From: Eledone cirrhosa
Lineage: Eukaryota
Reading direction: 5' to 3'
DNA length: 64,000 bases
NCBI GenBank assembly: GCA_964016885.1
Contig: OZ024745.1
Span: 130,324,001-130,388,000 of the forward strand
Numbering within the stretch: position 1 is the stretch's first letter; every line of letters begins with the position of its first letter. Shown piece after piece: positions 56,828 through 64,000 of this stretch. The notes under the pieces are model-generated. The model had not been told where the DNA came from and did not search any database. It saw nothing but the letters and a program-made list of their open reading frames with translations. The position numbers and the translations under genes were made by a program.

Positions 56828-57176
56828 ATGTATTTAATTAAGAATATAACTGACCGTAATCTCAAGTGAAACTCAATAAAGAGGTGCAAACATCACGTTA
56901 TATCAAATCAAACAACAAATTTGTATATTTATGAAATAAACGTCTTTGATTAAAACTCATTAATAATTTAACGTGCTGGTGAATGACTCATCGGAACGTG
57001 TGAATCGACTATTTATAGAACGGTTCATATATTCTATATTATGTTCTTTCGCATATACTTTCTTTTTTTTTTAGATACCATCAATATGTATTTCATATAT
57101 ATTTCACACTCGTGTGAACGCAGGTGGTATACTAGTTACTGCATCGGATGACCTTAATATATAGATATATATATAA

Positions 57177-57209
<33 letters not shown>

Positions 57210-57750
57210 TAAAGGTTAAACAAGGTTCAATTAATAAATCAAAGAATAAAGTTTTACAATAGATTAGAAGCACTCCACAGTGTGGTTTTCCGGAGTTATG
57301 CCCAAATGTATATTTATTTATTTATTTATATATATATTTTTGTATCATCTAATTATACCTATTTATCCACGACAATACAAATCTCCCTCCCTATGCTTTA
57401 TACTATAAAAATTATTCTTCCTTGTCTCTCTTTCCTTAATCAATTTTCTTTTGCTTTAGTGCATAAGATATTTTTATACTTCTAGTAACTATCTTTTTCC
57501 GCAACTGTTTCTTTCCCTGTCTTTCTTCTTTCTTCAATAATTTAAATTATATGAATCTTTAACTATTATATTAGTAGCTAGTTATTATTATGTACTTTTA
57601 TAAGCTTTCTCACACGCACCCTCTGTATTATATGTAATTCTTTCATGTCTCAATCTTAAGGTATATAAATATTGAGTTTTGTCATATCTTATTCACTGTC
57701 ATGACTGAATTTTAACCATCTACTATGTAAGGGTATGTCATGCATCATCT

Positions 57751-57816
57751 TATTTTATCTGATGAGGACGTACTATTGAGATAGCTCAATACCTCTGAAA
57801 TATGTATAATAAAATA
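57751..57816 (+). ncRNA. Minimal type I hammerhead ribozyme
   Basis: TATTTTAT-CTGATGA-GGA..TATTGAG-ATAG-CTCAATA..TCT-GAAA-TATGTA-TA-ATAAAATA. Perfect 8-bp stem I. Confidence 0.85.
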
Positions 57817-57861
57817 CACTTGATCACACGAATGTCTATTTTTTGTTAATATTTTGAATTG

Positions 57862-57979
<118 letters not shown>

Positions 57980-58691
57980 CGAAATTATGACAAGAAATAA
58001 AATTTAGCATGTCCTATGAAACGTCTCTGCTTCGGGAGATGAACACAAGACAAATTCTCTGACCATTCAAAAAATGATATCACTACACGCTTAAAAGTTT
58101 CTGTTTCTCCTTTTCGTTTTCTATTTCACAGAGAATGTATCTAATGTGTGCCAGTTAGGCACAAAAACATTAATATAATTATTTTATATATGGTTAGTTC
58201 TAGTTACTAAATATATTAATTGTGCTGTATATATTGCTGCACCTTATGTTTATTGATAACTCATACACACATACGTTTGTCAAGAATTTATCGAAGGATA
58301 GATTTTCTACGCATCAAGATTTTCTAGATTTTCTACGCATCTAGATTTTCTAAGCATCAAGAGACCATTTCTATAGCCCATGAAGCAATGTTATCGAATA
58401 GTAGAGCATTCGCAACCATTCATAAGTGAAAAGGATTTTCATAAGTGAAAAGGAATTCAACACCAGCTGCAGGATTTAGCAAAATAAAACAAATATAGAT
58501 TTTGATGGCAATAGAAACTTTTTATGGAGATTAATATATATATATATATAGTATTTCCGTAGAAAACGCAAAGGAAATATACATAATATGTGGGAGCATA
58601 ATATGTGTAAGCAAGCACACGTGTGCTTACTTACATTTATGTATCAGCTGTGCTAGGGCGAGATTCTCGCTGAATTTATATTTGTATATAC

Positions 58692-58782
<91 letters not shown>

Positions 58783-58898
58783 TTAGTTAAGTAAAACAAG
58801 ACTACAAATTTCACAAGGAAGACATTATTAAAAGATTGTCAACATATTTTAGTTTGATGTAAGGAATGTAGAGAATAATAATAATAATATTAATAATA

Positions 58899-59010
58899 AT
58901 AGTTTTTACTTTTGGCACAAGGCCAGCAATTAAACCGTGCATTACTGGTACTTTATTTTATCGACATCGACCCCGTAAGGAAGAAAGGCAAAGTTAACCT
59001 CAGCGGGATT
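58899..59010 (-). mobile_element. SINE family S1, truncated, with (TTA)n tail
   Basis: Reverse S1 core and tail. Confidence 0.8.
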
Positions 59011-59207
59011 GTCCGTTTGCAATTGTTTCGCTACTCAATATAATATTTCTGGATCAGATGACTAATATATCATTATTGATCTGGTTCAGTTGAAAATAAT
59101 TAACATATTTAAAAGCAGAGCGGCTCATCGGAACTTCAAAGGAATATAAATTAAAATAAGGAGAATATGTTACATAATGTAATGTTCCATATATTGGTAT
59201 TTCACTA

Positions 59208-59340
59208 TGAAATGTGGTAAGGAACCAGATGGACCATAACGCACCAGAGTACTCAATACTTAGGGTAGTAGAGTGGGAAATAGGAAAAAGTATGACCCCG
59301 ACGGCAGACCTCAAGCCGTTTCGACCATCTGGTTCCTTAC
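59208..59340. mobile_element. Family A fragment with short terminal inversion
   Basis: GTAAGGAACCAGATGG ... CCATCTGGTTCCTTAC. Confidence 0.8.
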
Positions 59341-59343
59341 CTC

Positions 59344-59376
<33 letters not shown>

Positions 59377-59461
59377 AATACATATGCATTTTTTTGTATG
59401 TAATGATGGCTTATCGATGGTTGAGCTACTATGTCATAAACTCACATCACACAGAATCACA

Positions 59462-59540
<79 letters not shown>

Positions 59541-59546
59541 GTATGT

Positions 59547-59584
<38 letters not shown>

Positions 59585-59971
59585 ATATACATAAGTACAT
59601 ACATACATACAAACATACATGTAGGTAGATGGATAGATAGTTTTATGTCCGCATCGCTCATCTGAAATCACATTTAGACTAATAAGTATTCAGAGTTCTG
59701 AATTGGCAAATATTTATTAAAGATAGAATGTAACAGATATAAAGATGAGAGAGTTTTCTCTGAAAAACAACATTTATATAAATAGCATAGTAAGGTAAAG
59801 TTTGAATAACTCCAATAGATACTACATGAATAATCCTAGGTACACGTCTCAGAACGTGATATTCTATAGGTACATTTCTACAAAATTAATGTTTGTTTTT
59901 CCTCAATGCACCCACGTTTCTGGGTATTCTGAATTATGTGAACGTTGACTACACTTTCATACCTCCATGTG

Positions 59972-60077
<106 letters not shown>

Positions 60078-60263
60078 TGTGTGAGTGTGTGTGAGTGTGT
60101 GAATGTGTGTGTCTCTGTGTGTCTGTGTGTGTGTGTAATTTTTTATGTGTTTATATATATATGAAAAGAAAGTTTGTTTTCGCTCAAAAATACAATGGGA
60201 TAATTGCTGGCCTTGTGCCAAAAGTAGAAACAATTATTTAATATTATAATTATTCACTCACGA

Positions 60264-60442
<179 letters not shown>

Positions 60443-60454
60443 AGAGCATACTTT

Positions 60455-60697
60455 TTTTAATATAGAAAAGTTTCTACAGGACTAGAACTGTTTCATTCGT
60501 GAGAAATCATCAGGAATATATATTTTCATATATATGTTTATATATATATATATAAACATGGTCTTCCTGATGATTTCTCCCGAATGAAACAGTTCTATCC
60601 CTGTAGAACCATTTTCTATATTAAATATTTATACTCTGCTTTGTATTGGGTAGCTTACTTACTGTGGTTACCCCCGATTGAACCCGGGATAAACTTA
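60455..60697. mobile_element. Family E fold-back element
   Basis: Inverted arms each with TTCCTGATGATTTCTC.CGAATGAAACAGTTCTA. Confidence 0.78.
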
Positions 60698-60806
60698 TAT
60701 ATATATAAAGACTACCACAATAACTATTACACATGTACCAGTCCATGTTAGGATTGTAAAAATTCCCTGTAATGAAAAAGCATGTTCTTTTTATGTATTC
60801 TCTCAG

Positions 60807-60842
<36 letters not shown>

Positions 60843-60843
60843 G

Positions 60844-60964
<121 letters not shown>

Positions 60965-61078
60965 TGTGTGTGTGTGTATAGTAGTGGAACACTGGTAGGT
61001 AATATCCGTAGTGGTAGAGCACTCAGTCCATGGGACGAGTTAGGTAGAAGTGGTTACACAACAGTTAGTTCACCATAC

Positions 61079-61116
61079 CGAGACCAATTGTTTCACCTTA
61101 GCGGATCCTCAGCTCG
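61079..61116 (-). ncRNA. Minimal hammerhead (mirror copy)
   Basis: Minus: CGAG-CTGAGGA-TCC-GCTAA-GGT-GAAA-CAATTG-GT-CTCG. Cleavage-site region differs from the plus copy. Confidence 0.6.
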
Positions 61117-61214
61117 TAATGGTTATGGTTATAGGAACAGCCTGTTCCTATACACACACACACACACACATACATTGTTATAGGAACAGGCTGTTCCTAT
61201 AACCATACCCATTA

Positions 61215-61252
61215 CGAGCTGAAGATCCGCTAAGGTGAAACAATTGTTCTCG
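61215..61252 (+). ncRNA. Minimal hammerhead
   Basis: CGAG-CTGAAGA-TCC-GCTAA-GGT-GAAA-CAATTG-TT-CTCG. Confidence 0.72.
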
Positions 61253-61280
61253 GTATGGTGAACTAACTGTTGTGTTACTA

Positions 61281-61320
<40 letters not shown>

Positions 61321-61462
61321 TTAAAACAATGAAATCAAATCATTAGAGATATATTAATGTTTGATTGTTTTCTGAGATTTATCTTAACCTACAACATTTT
61401 CAACATATGCATTACATTGAGTTCTTCATACAGAATAGACCCCACAACTTACAGTGGATACC

Positions 61463-61555
<93 letters not shown>

Positions 61556-61804
61556 CAAAAATGTTATTAGAACACCGTAAAATAGATAAGTGGGAATTAC
61601 ATTTGTCACGTAACATTTACACGTGTTTCCTCATATGCATTACATATCAGTCTTGGACCGCTAACTTCTGAATTATGGTGTTTTTGATAATATTTTTATA
61701 ACTTTCCATATATAATCTGTACATTGTTACACTGGGAAGCTATATAACTACCACAGGATCAACCAATTGGAATAAATCTCACACTCTTGCTCTCTCTCTC
61801 TCTC

Positions 61805-61973
<169 letters not shown>

Positions 61974-62177
61974 GTGTAAATAGGGAGACACAAAGCACGC
62001 TTTGTTTAGAAACGGCTAGCGAATTAGAAAATTAGGTAGTGTGTTTACGCCGTATTTGACTAGATAGAATTAGTCTGCTAGTTGGGATTTTTAAAAAAAA
62101 CCCTCTGAATGGAAAAAAGGAAATGTATTGAAAACAGAATGGGTATAGCTTTTACTTGAATAGGTGGAAGCGTAAGT

Positions 62178-62248
62178 GGCGTTTTGGTGTAATGGTAACA
62201 CATTGGTTCAACAAACCAAAGATGTGAGTTCGTGTCCCATGAACGTCA
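62178..62248 (+). tRNA. tRNA-like cloverleaf, anticodon AAC (Val), probable pseudogene or SINE head
   Basis: Acceptor GGCGTTT/GAACGTC, D stem GTGT/ACAC, anticodon stem TTGGT/ACCAA with loop TCAACAA, T loop TTCGTGT, and a T7 run about 11 nt downstream. C33 and T58 are non-canonical. Confidence 0.6.
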
Positions 62249-62657
62249 ATACTCATCGTTTTTTTGCCATTCAGAGGGGTTTTTTTCCAACTAACAAACT
62301 GATTCTATTTAGTCAAATATGGCGTCAACCCATGTTACTACCGAATATATATATATATATTTATATACATATACATTTATATAAATGTATATATAATTGT
62401 GTGTGTGTGTGTGTGTGTGTCTGCGTATGTATGCGTGTCTGTGTGTGTGTATGTGTGTGTGTCTGTGCGTGTATGTGTATTGCAAGATTTCAATGAAGTG
62501 ATAGTACCAATCCCATTCAAAGATCCCGTGACACAACAAAGATTGTTAGAAATGTTATCGCTGCGACTTGTCTTCCTTTTCATCGTCATATATTATGATT
62601 GAATAGATTAGTGATCCAGGTGTCGCTGATAGATTTTAACATGCATGTGCATATAAA

Positions 62658-62850
62658 TAATTTGTTCTACTTTTGACACAAGGCCACCAATAATCCTAGT
62701 GTATTACTGGTACTTTATTTTTATCGACCCCATAAGGATGAAAGCCAAAGTTAACCTCGACTTGATTTGAACTCAGACCGTAAAGGGACGTAACTATGCT
62801 AGAAAGCATAGCGTCCGACCCTCTACCGATACTGCCAATCCACCAATGAT
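62658..62850 (-). mobile_element. SINE family S1, full length
   Basis: Reverse match to 54632-54814. Confidence 0.85.
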
Positions 62851-62979
62851 TGGTTAAGCGTAAAATATATACCTGCTTAAACGTGTGGCTTTTCACTCCA
62901 TGCTTCTGTTGCAATCATCGAGTGTTGTATCTATTCGTTAGGAATGTGAGTTGTGTGAGTATTGCGATACTGCATTATA

Positions 62980-63096
62980 TGAGTTCAAATACCGCCGAAG
63001 TTAACTTTGCTTTTCATCCTTAAGAGGTCGATAAAATAAAGTACCAGTAATACACTGCAATAATCCTGGCCTTGTGCCAAAAATAGAAACAATTAT
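62980..63096 (+). mobile_element. SINE family S1, 5'-truncated
   Basis: GAGTTCAAATACC...GTCGATAAAATAAAGTACCAG...GCCTTGTGCCAAAA.TAGAAACAATT. Confidence 0.85.
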
Positions 63097-64000
63097 ATAC
63101 TTCTACGGAAATGACTTCACTAATTATTATTCTAAAACCTCTCATAATATAGTTAATTTTTTTATTAACGTTTTTCCCGTCAAGTTCCTTTTATGTGATG
63201 TAATGTAGTGCGTTTCAATTAATATTTGATATAAAATGCTAGCTGATGACGGATTGGCGTACAAGTGTGGTCCTTTTAACAGTTAAAAACCTTGAAATTT
63301 GCAATAAATTCTATAGAACACATTGATCATTTGCATCATGCTAATATGCTTGGAAAATTTACAATTTCAGTGCTTTTGAAGTTTATATTATTCTATTTTA
63401 TGAGTTCACAGAATCTAAAATGCGTGAGCATTTTTAAAATGGAGTGTACGCAAATTATGTTAATATATTGTTCTATAGGTTGATATAATGTCTCATTTGC
63501 ATAACAGTTGTTCCTTAGAGATTTTTATTTATATTATTATTTTGTAAATTCTCCAGTGCACTGCTTCGTTTAGTTTTCGGAAGAAAATTTAAATACTGAA
63601 AGGGTTCATTCGAAAAATATGAAACAACCTTAATAGAGAAGATGACAAAATATACTACATACGTCTTCTGAATCAAAAAGAGGGTTAAACAGGAAAACTG
63701 TCCGTATATATATATATCCATATATATATATATATATATATATATAGAAAGATTTGAATGGATACAGTTTAGTTGAAAGGAATTTATTGACACGTGTTTC
63801 TATAACAGTTACATAACCTAAAACAGCTATCTACAAACTTTTAGTTATGCAGACATTCAATATTTCAATGTTATTTACTGTCATTTCATCAGAATAATAT
63901 TACTGAGGACCTATTTAGTTTTTATAGAGAATATATATAAAAGCGGACAAAACATCAAACCTGTACACTATGGATTGCACTACATACAACAACTTCATTC

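Larger units (their letters stand above)
60978..61283. mobile_element. Fold-back element with two HHRs around a (CA)n spacer
   Basis: Inverted arms about 61048-61151 and 61179-61283, plus a left extension. Confidence 0.85.

Overview
AT-rich, microsatellite-saturated eukaryotic non-coding DNA (intron or intergenic). The (TA)n/(TG)n/(GA)n density and the SINE types suggest a coleoid cephalopod such as Octopus (inference, not verified). No intact protein-coding gene is supported, and almost all listed ORFs are microsatellite translations. The main non-obvious signal is about 30 minimal type I hammerhead ribozyme (HHR) motifs, roughly 20 of them with complete cores, from at least 12 sequence families. 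They sit in short Penelope-like element (PLE) pLTR fragments embedded in (TA)n tracts. Most occur as head-to-head fold-back pairs with 3' ends facing outward, and stem III is usually a family-specific palindrome. Four families carry a compensatory U3-A8 core. One family forms a 321-bp retrozyme-like tandem, and one copy still carries a frameshifted PLE GIY-YIG endonuclease. Also present are two tRNA-derived SINE families, RTE and Tx1/L1-like LINE 3' ends, mariner-derived elements, a tRNA-like cloverleaf, and inverted duplications of flanking DNA across (TA)n tracts. All coordinates and base pairings were read by eye, and no searches were run.
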